From a virus (lineage: Duplodnaviria; Caudoviricetes): 51,586 nt of DNA. Each line of letters begins with the position of its first letter. The first letter of the stretch is position 1. The position numbers and the translations under genes are program-made. Below are positions 1-8,285 of this stretch, in pieces. The notes beneath the pieces were generated by a model. That model was not told where the DNA came from, did not search any database, and was given only the letters and a program-made list of their open reading frames with translations. Location: positions 1 through 51,586 of the IMG/VR virus record IMGVR_UViG_3300037440_000142, one strand, 5' to 3'.

Positions 1-96
1 GTACCATACGTCGGGCTTGTGGTAGCGGAAATCATCCGTTTGCCGCACGTTTTGCGGATCAAGCCGTAATCCATCGTCGTCAAATAGCTGACTCAT
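1..96 (-). CDS. Partial hypothetical protein, runs off the window start
   Basis: ATG at 96 preceded by GGAGG; open to base 1 (MSQLFDDDGLRLDPQ...VWY). Confidence 0.6.
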   Translation of the reverse strand, partial: MSQLFDDDGLRLDPQNVRQTDDFRYHKPDVWY

Positions 97-116
97 TTGT
101 TAGCTTCCTCCACGTT

Positions 117-440
117 TCATCTGTGCGCGTTGTCCATTTTCCTGTCATTGGCCGATTTTGTGCGCCAAACCTCAGCTTCGGCGAATAGCAGCTTCATGTA
201 CGTCTCTGCCGTCTTCCAATCCGCGTAGGAATTTTGTTTTCGTTCAATGGCGGCAAGGTAATCAGGATGGCGCTTTATCCATGAATCCTTTTCAGGGATA
301 GAGCTACCTACGGCATCGCCGTACAGAGATGCATAAGTAGACTTCAGGTAATCATCTGCTGTCGCCTGTGCGCCATATAGCCTGCCATAGTCTTTTGACT
401 TGGCTCGGGCCTGTTCTAGCAATCTATCAATGTCGGTCAT
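117..440 (-). CDS. Helical early protein, possibly UvsY-like recombination mediator
   Basis: All-helical 107 aa with C-terminal EVWRTKSANDR motif; near the SSB-like gene. Confidence 0.45.
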   Translation of the reverse strand: MTDIDRLLEQARAKSKDYGRLYGAQATADDYLKSTYASLYGDAVGSSIPEKDSWIKRHPDYLAAIERKQNSYADWKTAETYMKLLFAEAEVWRTKSANDRKMDNAHR

Positions 441-564
441 CGCTCAATCCTGTAGGGCGTATTTCAGGGACATGGACTATTACCAACAGTGATAAATAAC
501 AAAGCCGATGCCGGTTAGCGCCCACAACACAAGCTCGCCATATCGCCACCACCACTTGTCGAAC

Positions 565-759
565 TTAGTCACCGGTTTTATCCATCAGGTGTGCAAGTTC
601 CTTTCTGGCCGTCATGATGTTCGCATTGATCTCGTCGGCCACCATCGCGCCTTCGCGCAGACCGGCGTTTGCCAGTATCGTGAACAGGACCGGCACCGCC
701 TTGGCGGCCCCATCGAGTGCAATCCGTAAAAGCTCTAGTTCATGCGCATAATTAGTCAC
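565..759 (-). CDS. Hypothetical protein
   Basis: Overlaps the upstream ORF in the leftward operon. Confidence 0.55.
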   Translation of the reverse strand: MTNYAHELELLRIALDGAAKAVPVLFTILANAGLREGAMVADEINANIMTARKELAHLMDKTGD

Positions 760-1087
760 TGTTCTTCTCCGTCACAAAACCAACCCTATTATGCCTAGCC
801 GCCCATATATCCCATGCTGGACCTAGCTGTCCGGTTTTCAATGCTTCGCGTTCCCATGTTTCCCAAATTCCGCCCGCAGTTTTGGAGACAGAAAAAATCG
901 CAATCTGATCTTCATGGTTCATTTCCTCGAATGCCTCTTGTGCTGCACTCGCGTTCGGGGGGTCTTCGTTCAGAAATTGGAACACAGCCACAAGAATGTC
1001 CCTTTTATTCCTGCGGATTGCATCGCAAAGTTTCAGGAGCTTTATATCTCCTGATGGCTTTGCAATCATGAACGTCGTCATATCCAT
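752..1087 (-). CDS. Hypothetical protein
   Basis: Tightly packed in the leftward operon. Confidence 0.65.
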   Translation of the reverse strand: MDMTTFMIAKPSGDIKLLKLCDAIRRNKRDILVAVFQFLNEDPPNASAAQEAFEEMNHEDQIAIFSVSKTAGGIWETWEREALKTGQLGPAWDIWAARHNRVGFVTEKNSD

Positions 1088-1098
1088 GCGTCATGGAC

Positions 1099-1452
1099 TC
1101 AAAACGGAATCGAATCGTCAAAATCCATTTGTAGCGGTGTCACGATCCAGCCATGACCAAATCCCTTGGACGTGTAGTCCTTGGTGGTCAGGGCAATTTC
1201 CTTACCCGTCCATCCCTCACTGTTAGCTCCATAGGCGTTACAGAGAGTTTCAGTGTTGACCGAATTTAGGATCAGTCTCTTTTCCTTGCCGACAAAGTAA
1301 AGAGCTGGCTTGGAATTGGCCGGTTCCTTTTCTGAGGCTTCGTAATGCACGACCTCTACACGATCAATTGTCAGCTTCATGCTTTTTCCAATGAAGTCCT
1401 TAGCTTTCAGGTCATTGGTATTGCCTTCTTTGATAAAACCTTTCATGTCCAT
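1099..1452 (-). CDS. Single-stranded DNA-binding protein-like
   Basis: Acidic tail DFDDSIPF typical of SSBs; beta-rich core; GAGG SD before ATG 1452. Confidence 0.7.
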   Translation of the reverse strand: MDMKGFIKEGNTNDLKAKDFIGKSMKLTIDRVEVVHYEASEKEPANSKPALYFVGKEKRLILNSVNTETLCNAYGANSEGWTGKEIALTTKDYTSKGFGHGWIVTPLQMDFDDSIPF

Positions 1453-1871
1453 CGTAATTCCTCGTTGTCTATCCATTGAGTGTCTTGATCGAGTTGCAGC
1501 CACCACCACTGAAGCATGAGTTCTTGTTCTTCTGCTTCCTGGTAGTCGTTTTCTAGTTCGTCGTCCATTTTGGGTTGCGCCTCTGTGTGGAGTTACCGTT
1601 TTCGCGGTTGGTATTCTGACAGGCACCTGCGCCGACGCTTTGCCAGAAATTCAGACGTACATCTCGACCCGTAGATCGAGCAACAAGCGTCCTTGTGCAG
1701 CGGCGCATCGCACCATCCGCAAGCCCGACGGCTTAGGTATTGCCTCTCGTTTCTGGTCAGCTTTTCCATGCCGGCTTCGGGAAGCACTTCGGGCACATGG
1801 TTTGTTTCTCGGTGTAAGCAAATCTGTGTTGACACCACATGCAACGAGCAAAGACCAATGGAGTTGGCGCG

Positions 1872-2150
1872 CTATTCACCGGGCTTCACCTCTCTCCCGC
1901 AGTTATTGCAATAAGCAGCAAGGCCGGGCGGAATAATAAGCACCTCCAGGTTTTCGCATGAACAGTGTTCACATGGCCCAATTGGCCTCCCCACATTGCC
2001 GTTGAGCCGCCTTATCTCCATGTTTTGCTCAACGATAACGGACTCCATCGCTTCCATACGTCGAGCAGCCCGCTGAATTAAGGCTGGCGGGTAGCCATCG
2101 TCTGCGAGACGGGCGGCAAGGGCATCTAGTTCTTTGATAATTTCGCTCAT
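1872..2150 (-). CDS. Hypothetical protein with C-terminal zinc ribbon
   Basis: CEHC...CNNC motif. Confidence 0.55.
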   Translation of the reverse strand: MSEIIKELDALAARLADDGYPPALIQRAARRMEAMESVIVEQNMEIRRLNGNVGRPIGPCEHCSCENLEVLIIPPGLAAYCNNCGREVKPGE

Positions 2151-2155
2151 TCCAC

Positions 2156-2458
2156 TTACCCAACCTGCTTTCTCATCAAGCTAGGAAGTACTACATCAAC
2201 CAATTCATCCGTAATTTGCTTGGCAGCGGCCCTTATCGCTTCTTCTCTTACCGCCTCGTCGATTAGCTGATTCATGCGAGGATGGTTTTGCAGGGAATAC
2301 CATGCCTCGTTTAATGTCAGGTACTTTTCTCGCCAATCTTCGTCGATCTCGTACAACACAAAATCGCGGTCGCAGTCGTCCAGTTCTGGGACGAACTCAA
2401 GATCCGGTTCCTGCGGGCCATCGCTTATGCGGCACGGAATCAAATTGCGGTTTCTCAT
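2156..2458 (-). CDS. Hypothetical protein
   Basis: 4-nt overlap with the upstream gene. Confidence 0.6.
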   Translation of the reverse strand: MRNRNLIPCRISDGPQEPDLEFVPELDDCDRDFVLYEIDEDWREKYLTLNEAWYSLQNHPRMNQLIDEAVREEAIRAAAKQITDELVDVVLPSLMRKQVG

Positions 2459-3126
2459 ACATCAACCCATATTTTGTTCTTGCGAATCAACCAAGCCGTC
2501 CCATAGAGAAGGCCGTACTTCTTTGTGAAGTGTTTCAATGGCCGGTCACTGGCCCGTATCTCTCTAACAATTTGCGGGTTGACGACGTTGTTTCTTCTGT
2601 TACGACATTGCGTCTTGCTGCTGGCCCAGCGGCAATTACCCGGTTCGTAGTTACCATCGTTGTCCGGGTAGCGGTCTAACGATTTGCCTTCTGGCCGCTC
2701 ACCCATATCAGAGAGGAAGTTCTCGAAGCTGTTAAGCCAGCGGTCGCAAACCTTGATGCCGCGCCCGCCGTAGTTGTGGTAGTTGATGGCTTTCTCGTTA
2801 TAGCAGCGCTGTTTCATCGAGGTCCATATGTGGTAGGTCGATGTTCCTCTCATGCCGTGCTTCTTGTTGTGCTCGTTGTTTCGACGCGCTTCTTTCAGCA
2901 AGCATCCACAGCTTTTGGTGGTTCCGATCCGCATGGAACCGCCATCTACTTCGGCGATTGCGCCGCATCTGCATTGACATAGCCATCGGCTACGCCCCAC
3001 GTACCGAATCGCCGTCAAGCGACCGAACGTCAGCCCGGTCATGTCTACGATTGGCTGCCGTCGGCGCTTGCCTTTACGAACCAACGGCGGCAGTCCCAGC
3101 ATGATGATTTCGTCGTCGGGGCTCAT
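2455..3126 (-). CDS. Phage HNH-like endonuclease (AP2-associated family)
   Basis: FGRLT..WLCQCRCG..TKSCGC, W.SMKQRC, YGGRGIKVCDRW..FENFL.DMG, SLDR..NDGNYEPGNCRWA..Q..N; start moved to the ATGA overlap at 3126. Confidence 0.8.
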   Translation of the reverse strand: MSPDDEIIMLGLPPLVRKGKRRRQPIVDMTGLTFGRLTAIRYVGRSRWLCQCRCGAIAEVDGGSMRIGTTKSCGCLLKEARRNNEHNKKHGMRGTSTYHIWTSMKQRCYNEKAINYHNYGGRGIKVCDRWLNSFENFLSDMGERPEGKSLDRYPDNDGNYEPGNCRWASSKTQCRNRRNNVVNPQIVREIRASDRPLKHFTKKYGLLYGTAWLIRKNKIWVDV

Positions 3127-3410
3127 TCGATTACCTCGCGCACTAGGATGCAGTTGTTCATGTCCATCTGTGCGCTGCGATAACCAAATTCCTCTAGTGA
3201 ATAAACGTGCATAGAGTCCGTGTCGATGTAGAACTCGCGCGGCTTTGGCTTGATGCGGTATTCGTAGCGACTCCAGTCCCATGTCATCTCTCTGTGAAGA
3301 TGCCATTCGCGCGCGCTCATGCCTTCATACGCACGCGCCTGCTCAACCAACTCTCCATCGGCATAAGCCAGCATCACTTCTGCGGCCTTTCGTGTTTCGT
3401 CGCGATTCAT
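3123..3410 (-). CDS. Hypothetical phage protein
   Basis: AYADGE..EQ and WDW..YEYRIKP motifs common in phage early proteins. Confidence 0.65.
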   Translation of the reverse strand: MNRDETRKAAEVMLAYADGELVEQARAYEGMSAREWHLHREMTWDWSRYEYRIKPKPREFYIDTDSMHVYSLEEFGYRSAQMDMNNCILVREVIE

Positions 3411-3698
3411 GACACTTTCTCCAGCGGCTTCTGGCTGTATGACAACCCGGCTGCTATGAACACATTGTCGATTGCTTCTTGTTCGGAATCGGCATATTGC
3501 GTCAATTCCTCGTTATCATCTGGCCACGCACTCCAGCGATGGTTAAGGCGGTTGTAATCGGTAAGGACAATCATCAGATGTCCCCGTTATAGAATTCACG
3601 CACCCATTCAGCTATGAATCCAAGTAATCCAAACAATCCACAAGTACCGCCCATAACAGCTATAAGGGCGAATAAACGGGTGATGTAGTCGAGTTCGT

Positions 3699-4055
3699 TC
3701 ATGACAGTGCCTCTACGGGCGACAGCGCCGCGACACATGCTTCAATGATTGCCCGAGGAAGCGATTCGTGATGCACTATCACCGGACCCCAATCACTCGC
3801 ACTGCCCCACGCGGTAACAACGTATTCGCTATGATCTCGGTGCCATTCGAAACACCAGCACCTTTGCATCAGGGCACCGGCTAAGCGCAGATCCGTGACG
3901 AAAAATTGAACAGGAATGTACTGGCCGCAAAACCGAATGTGACTACGACCCTTCTCTTGATCGCCAAACCCCATCGCCAGAACCCCCTTCGCCAACTCCT
4001 CGTCGTTCATTTCTCGAACTCCCCACGTTCCATCATTGTCCTTACAATCCCCCAC
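3699..4055 (-). CDS. Hypothetical protein (start may be ~4010)
   Basis: C-terminal SLPRAIIEACVAAL resembles phage ABA-sandwich-type proteins. Confidence 0.5.
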   Translation of the reverse strand: MGDCKDNDGTWGVREMNDEELAKGVLAMGFGDQEKGRSHIRFCGQYIPVQFFVTDLRLAGALMQRCWCFEWHRDHSEYVVTAWGSASDWGPVIVHHESLPRAIIEACVAALSPVEALS

Positions 4056-4189
4056 TGTTCGTTTTGAAACAGTAAGGCCCTTGCCATTTCCGCCAGCATT
4101 CGTTCGTGATTTCGCTTGTATCGATAAGCAGAAAAATCAATGACGTTGCGGCGGTCGTTCCATTCGATGGCTGTGGTAAAATGATTCAC
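4007..4189 (-). CDS. Hypothetical protein
   Basis: Coupled overlaps with both neighbours. Confidence 0.55.
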   Translation of the reverse strand: MNHFTTAIEWNDRRNVIDFSAYRYKRNHERMLAEMARALLFQNEQWGIVRTMMERGEFEK

Positions 4190-4506
4190 AGGTTTTTCTC
4201 GATGTAATCGGCGATCATGGAGAAGTTGTTTTGTCGGTAGTGATCATTCATGACGGCAATACGCATTTCGGTTTCTGCGTCCAAGCCATCGCGATATTTG
4301 TTAGGCAGCAATCGCTTGAGCGGGATGCGGCAGCCTTTCGGGTAGTATGTGTAGCCGTCATTGCGTATTTGCCATTCCGCGCCCTGCACGTCGCACAAAA
4401 CACCAAGAGCACAAAACCGCTCCCCGTCATGTAAGTCACCACTGGTTTTCTGGTATTGCCCAGACCGCAGCGCCTTAATCCACTTCTGCTTTAACTGCTT
4501 ATCCAT
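4186..4506 (-). CDS. Conserved hypothetical phage protein
   Basis: WIKALRSGQY..G.LH..FCALGVLCD..IA.MND..F..IADYIE motifs. Confidence 0.7.
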   Translation of the reverse strand: MDKQLKQKWIKALRSGQYQKTSGDLHDGERFCALGVLCDVQGAEWQIRNDGYTYYPKGCRIPLKRLLPNKYRDGLDAETEMRIAVMNDHYRQNNFSMIADYIEKNL

Positions 4507-4651
4507 CACTCTTCCTCCAGTTCCGCCACTTCTTTCAACAGGTCTTGAACTTTCACGGCCTCTCGAAAAATACGTACCCACTCGCGAGTTCCTATCTGAT
4601 ATCGCCGCATTTCGGATTTCAGGGATTCGAGGCGATTTGGTAGATCAATAG

Positions 4652-4924
4652 TCATGGCGCTTCACCGAATCGAATTCCGTAACTGATTTGGTCAAGCGAA
4701 TCCTCGGCACTTGTCGGCCCAAGGGGCGGGCCAACCAGCAAGTGACTAACATGCTCGTATTCCACAAAAGTCCGCCACGTAACAGCCTTCCTCGCGCGGA
4801 ATGTGAATGTCGGGCTATCACCATAAAAACCCCCGTCAGCTACCTTCGTGCCTATAAGCACTTCGCTGGTAATGCCACAGCCGGAAAGGGTGGTGATTAG
4901 GGCTATTGCAATCAGGCGGTACAT
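4652..4924 (-). CDS. Putative lipoprotein, first gene under PL
   Basis: MYRLIAIALITTLSGC signal peptide and lipobox; GGAG SD; beta-rich mature part. Confidence 0.65.
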   Translation of the reverse strand: MYRLIAIALITTLSGCGITSEVLIGTKVADGGFYGDSPTFTFRARKAVTWRTFVEYEHVSHLLVGPPLGPTSAEDSLDQISYGIRFGEAP

Positions 4925-4959
4925 GGCTTCTCCGGGGGTGTTGGTTGGTCTATGGGAGG

Positions 4960-5000
4960 ATACTAAACCCATGTTTGGGCCGTGTCAACCCATGTTTGGG
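4960..5000 (-). promoter_or_regulatory. PL promoter with two operators
   Basis: Minus-strand TTGACA (4988-4983), 17 nt, TAGTAT (4965-4960); CCCATGTTTGGG at 4968-4979 and 4989-5000. Confidence 0.85.
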
Positions 5001-5233
5001 CCTTTTTTAATGTGACGGGGGTCGCGGCAAGCGTTTCATAGGGTGGTATGGTGGCCCTGAAATTTGACAACCCACACAGAGGGGTAGGGCAGTGACTAAA
5101 AACGTTCGGAGACAGATACACGACGACCTGTACGACGCGCTCAGGTCGGTAGAGACGTGGGGGGATCAGGGAGCTACTGGCGTATTACGGGCTGTAGCGC
5201 CTATGGTGGAGGGTTTGGCGGCCCTTCTGGATC

Positions 5234-5500
5234 TTACTCTTCGTCCGGCGGCATCAAAAGCTCGTAAGGGGAGCAGCGCAGGCCCATAGCCACCTGGGTC
5301 AGTACATCAACGGTAATTCCCACATCCGCAGCAAGCACCCGCTGCACCGTTGATTTGGAAGTGCCGATACGCTTGGCCAGTGATTCGACTCTGTTCGTGC
5401 CGTGGTTGAATTGCTGGGCAAGCCTTCGCTTAACATTCTCAGCCAATATCTCGCGCGTCTCCCGCGCAATGAATTTCGAACGCTTTGGCTGCTTCTTCAT
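5234..5500 (-). CDS. CI-like XRE HTH repressor, no peptidase domain
   Basis: LAENVKRR..LAKRIGTSKSTVQRV..TVDVLTQVAMGLRCSPYELL; divergent from a cro-like gene. Confidence 0.85.
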   Translation of the reverse strand: MKKQPKRSKFIARETREILAENVKRRLAQQFNHGTNRVESLAKRIGTSKSTVQRVLAADVGITVDVLTQVAMGLRCSPYELLMPPDEE

Positions 5501-5527
5501 AGAGATACAGCCTAATCTCCCTTTAGG

Positions 5528-5568
5528 CCCAATAGTGGGTTGCAAAAGCCCAAACAAGGGCCTATAAT
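5528..5568 (+). promoter_or_regulatory. PR promoter with two operators
   Basis: TTGCAA (5540-5545), 17 nt, TATAAT (5563-5568); CCCAATAGTGGG 5528-5539 and CCCAAACAAGGG 5549-5560. Confidence 0.85.
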
Positions 5569-5575
5569 CGCCGCC

Positions 5576-5776
5576 ATGAGTGAATCTCTGCACGATTACG
5601 TAATTTCCCAGTTGCTGGCCGCCAGAGGCCGCTGGCCCTCAGTAGAGCAGGGCAGCGGTGTCTCTGCGCGCACGTTCAGCAAGGTTGCGCGAGGCGAGGT
5701 CAAGTACCCGCGTGTCGGCACCATCGAGAAGCTGGCTAAGTATTTCCGACAGCAGGAGCAGGGCAGTGTCAATTGA
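5576..5776 (+). CDS. Cro-like HTH repressor
   Basis: 66 aa, SGVSARTFSKVARGEVKYPRVGTIEKLAKYF; directly after PR. Confidence 0.8.
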   Translation: MSESLHDYVISQLLAARGRWPSVEQGSGVSARTFSKVARGEVKYPRVGTIEKLAKYFRQQEQGSVN

Positions 5777-5846
5777 GTCTCCCGTTTTTTGTTTTATTCG
5801 GGGACGCGCAAATTATTCCAACTCAGATATGGCGTCAAGAAAAACT

Positions 5847-5883
5847 GGCCGTTTGGGCTCATAAAGCCAAACGGTCTTTTTTT
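5847..5883 (+). terminator. Intrinsic terminator after cro, possibly bidirectional
   Basis: CCGTTTGG/CCAAACGG stem followed by T7; A-run on the 5' side. Confidence 0.7.
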
Positions 5884-5938
5884 GTAAAACGTTGATTTGA
5901 CTTAAGAACCAGACAATAAGCGGGGCAGGGTGGAAGCA

Positions 5939-6322
5939 TCACTCATTGATAGCGACTTCTGGGGCCATATCCCACTTCTCGCTTATCCAGTCAGCCTGAC
6001 GTGGGCAGCGCAATTCAGATTGAAGGTGTGCGACTTGTTGCGCCATAAAACGAATCGACAAGATTTCTCCACGGGTAAATTCCTCCCCATGTGGCGCAAT
6101 CAATTTTCCATCTCGCAATCGCCATCCGGTCCACGTCGAATCTGCGACTTCCAGGTTTCCCGTAGTCACGAATTCAATCAATCGCAGGGCCGCATACGGC
6201 GGTTCTTCGCCACGCTTCCACCTTCTCGCCGTGGTGACATGAACTTTGGCTATTTTGGCTATAACTTCGGCAGTAATTCCGTAAAGGGCGTTATGCTCTT
6301 GTCGCGGCCAGAATGCTCGCAT
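5939..6322 (-). CDS. HTH + DUF3653 protein, XafT-like Xer recombination activator candidate
   Basis: N-terminal HTH (IAKIAKVHVTTARRWKRG..P..ALRL) then WTGWRLRDGKLIAPHGEEF, the DUF3653-type motif; next to a dif-like site. Confidence 0.75.
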   Translation of the reverse strand: MRAFWPRQEHNALYGITAEVIAKIAKVHVTTARRWKRGEEPPYAALRLIEFVTTGNLEVADSTWTGWRLRDGKLIAPHGEEFTRGEILSIRFMAQQVAHLQSELRCPRQADWISEKWDMAPEVAINE

Positions 6323-6376
6323 CGGCTTTTCCCTTGTTCTTTTTGGACAAGCATAGCACGGGTTCTGGCCATGTCT

Positions 6377-6404
6377 AGTACGTATAATGTATATCTAATC
6401 AAAC
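6377..6404 (+). other. dif-like Xer site, candidate attP
   Basis: AGTACGTATAA-TGTATA-TCTAATCAAAC vs E. coli dif GGTGCGCATAA-TGTATA-TTATGTTAAAT: 8/11, 6/6, 5/11. Confidence 0.7.
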
Positions 6405-6483
6405 ACTTACGCTCATTCAAGCGTAACAGTTCCAATCAGTTCCAAGACTCGCCCAGAACCCTTCTAGTACGAGCAAATTGCAA

Positions 6484-6723
6484 ATGAGTTCTGACCCGAA
6501 ATTACCTCTCGGGTCGTGCTTCTGTCGCTGCCCGGAATGCGGCGAATACTTCGCTTCCGAGACGTCATTCGACCTGCACCGCACCGGGAGCCATCAAAAA
6601 CGAGAACGCGCGTGTTTTGCCCCGATTGAGGTGCGAGACAAGCACTCCCGACCAATGCTCAGGCTCAACGAGAAGGGATATTGGGTGCTGACTATCCGAC
6701 CGAAGATTGAGGAGGCCGCATGA
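6484..6723 (+). CDS. FDxHR-type zinc-binding phage protein
   Basis: CRCPECGEYF..SFDLHRTG..RAC. Confidence 0.7.
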   Translation: MSSDPKLPLGSCFCRCPECGEYFASETSFDLHRTGSHQKRERACFAPIEVRDKHSRPMLRLNEKGYWVLTIRPKIEEAA

Positions 6724-7007
6724 AGATAAAACTCGGCCAACAGTGCTGGGTGGGCTGGGCTCACAAAAAAACTACCAAGTGCAAAGACGTGAATCGGCAT
6801 ATCTGCCGGGTAGTGACAGTTGACGGCGGACCCTTTGGCGCAAATGAGCCATTGCCAGGAGCCAGTGCCCGCATCAGTGAACGTAGTTGGCATATCGATA
6901 CCGGGGCTTATGTGGCGGAACGATTACTGACTCCGTTTCAACCGGATGAGGATTTGATATTTGACGAAGCCGGAATTGTCGTCGGCAAAGCCGGCGCGCT
7001 CACATGA
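6720..7007 (+). CDS. Hypothetical protein
   Basis: ATGA-coupled on both sides. Confidence 0.6.
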   Translation: MKIKLGQQCWVGWAHKKTTKCKDVNRHICRVVTVDGGPFGANEPLPGASARISERSWHIDTGAYVAERLLTPFQPDEDLIFDEAGIVVGKAGALT

Positions 7008-7267
7008 ACGTGACATGCACACATTGCGGTTGGGTTCATTTCGCCGTAACTCGCGAATTCGCAGAGGACAGTGTGTCTTTATTCAATGGCTATTACGAAA
7101 CCCTCACGCCTAAGAAACAACAACAATACTACGGCGGAAAGCCTTCATCCATTGCCGATTATACCGGATGCAAACGGTGTGGAAAGAATGATTTCCGGGT
7201 GGAAAGAGATGGTGATTGCCCGGTTGGTTGCACGATTTGTCCGGTTATTTTTGAGGACGTGACATGA
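7004..7267 (+). CDS. Cys-rich zinc-finger hypothetical protein
   Basis: CTHC...CKRC...CPVGCTIC. Confidence 0.65.
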   Translation: MNVTCTHCGWVHFAVTREFAEDSVSLFNGYYETLTPKKQQQYYGGKPSSIADYTGCKRCGKNDFRVERDGDCPVGCTICPVIFEDVT

Positions 7268-7355
7268 AAAGATTTCTATTCGAAGAAATTCCCCTCGCCT
7301 TCGCCATTTTCGTTGTGATTCTGGCAATGGTGTGTGTGGCGATGGTGGCTGTTTC

Positions 7356-8285
7356 GTGAAAGACATTGATGCGGTTGTAAAGTCTCTGGACTGGCACGTC
7401 GAGCACATCAGCGAATCTTGGCGGCAAAGTGTCGAGGGGATATTCGAGACGGGGCGCAGAGTTCAGTTCGCGCTTGATGAGTTGCCGCATGGCGAGAAAG
7501 CGGAGCTATGGCATAGGTTGCCATTTAACGAAGGGACCGGTGCGAAACTGCGAGCCATAGCCTCAAATGAAGGAATTCTTTCTTATCGGAAAGATTTGCC
7601 TCCGGCATGGACGACCATCTACGAACTGACTCTACTGGAAGATGATCTGTCCGCCTTCATGGAGAGCGGAGAACCGGTAGAGCAAAAGAAAATTCGAGCA
7701 TGGCGACGTGATAGAACAATTACACAGCGCCGCGCCCACCTCCAAGATCCTCAGTCACTACCCGCCGGCAAGTACCGCATCATATACGCCGACCCACCTT
7801 GGACATACGGTGACACTCGCGCTGGCCTGCAGGGTTACACCGGGGCCGATGAACACTATCCATTGATGAGTATAGCAGATCTTTGCGCACTTCCCGTTGA
7901 GGAATTGTGCATGGACGACGCCGTGCTGTTCCTTTGGGTTACCGCTCCGTTGCTGTACGACGCCTATGCCGTCATCAACGCATGGGGATTCGAATACAAG
8001 GCGCAGTTCATCTGGGACAAGGTGAAGCACAACGTTGGGCATTACGTATCAGTACGTCATGAGTTGTTGCTTATCTGTACGCGCGGACAATGTACCCCGG
8101 ACAGCAAGACACTACACGATTCGGTAGTTTCTATAGAGCGCGGCAAGCACTCAGAAAAGCCCGAACACTTCCGTGAACTCATAGACGGGATGTACCCGCA
8201 TGGGCCACGCATTGAGCTATTCAGGCGCGGCGATGCTCCGCAAGGCTGGGAGGTTTTTGGCAATGAAGCCAGCCGCGCGGCTTGA
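7356..8285 (+). CDS. MT-A70 family N6-adenine methyltransferase with N-terminal DUF3102-like region
   Basis: IIYADPPW, HYPLMS, LFLWVT, WGFEYK, HELLL, HSEKP, IELF..GWEVFGNE. Confidence 0.88.
   Translation: MKDIDAVVKSLDWHVEHISESWRQSVEGIFETGRRVQFALDELPHGEKAELWHRLPFNEGTGAKLRAIASNEGILSYRKDLPPAWTTIYELTLLEDDLSAFMESGEPVEQKKIRAWRRDRTITQRRAHLQDPQSLPAGKYRIIYADPPWTYGDTRAGLQGYTGADEHYPLMSIADLCALPVEELCMDDAVLFLWVTAPLLYDAYAVINAWGFEYKAQFIWDKVKHNVGHYVSVRHELLLICTRGQCTPDSKTLHDSVVSIERGKHSEKPEHFRELIDGMYPHGPRIELFRRGDAPQGWEVFGNEASRAA

Noticed and set aside
1453-1626. N-terminal extension of the SSB-like ORF in the ORF track
   Set aside because: Arg-rich, non-protein-like sequence; a good SD precedes ATG 1452
5064-5092. 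TTGACA upstream of ORF 5092-5289 as a promoter
   Set aside because: No convincing -10 at 16-18 nt spacing
5930-6487. 185-aa plus-strand ORF
   Set aside because: Shadow of the DUF3653-like gene and the att region; no motifs
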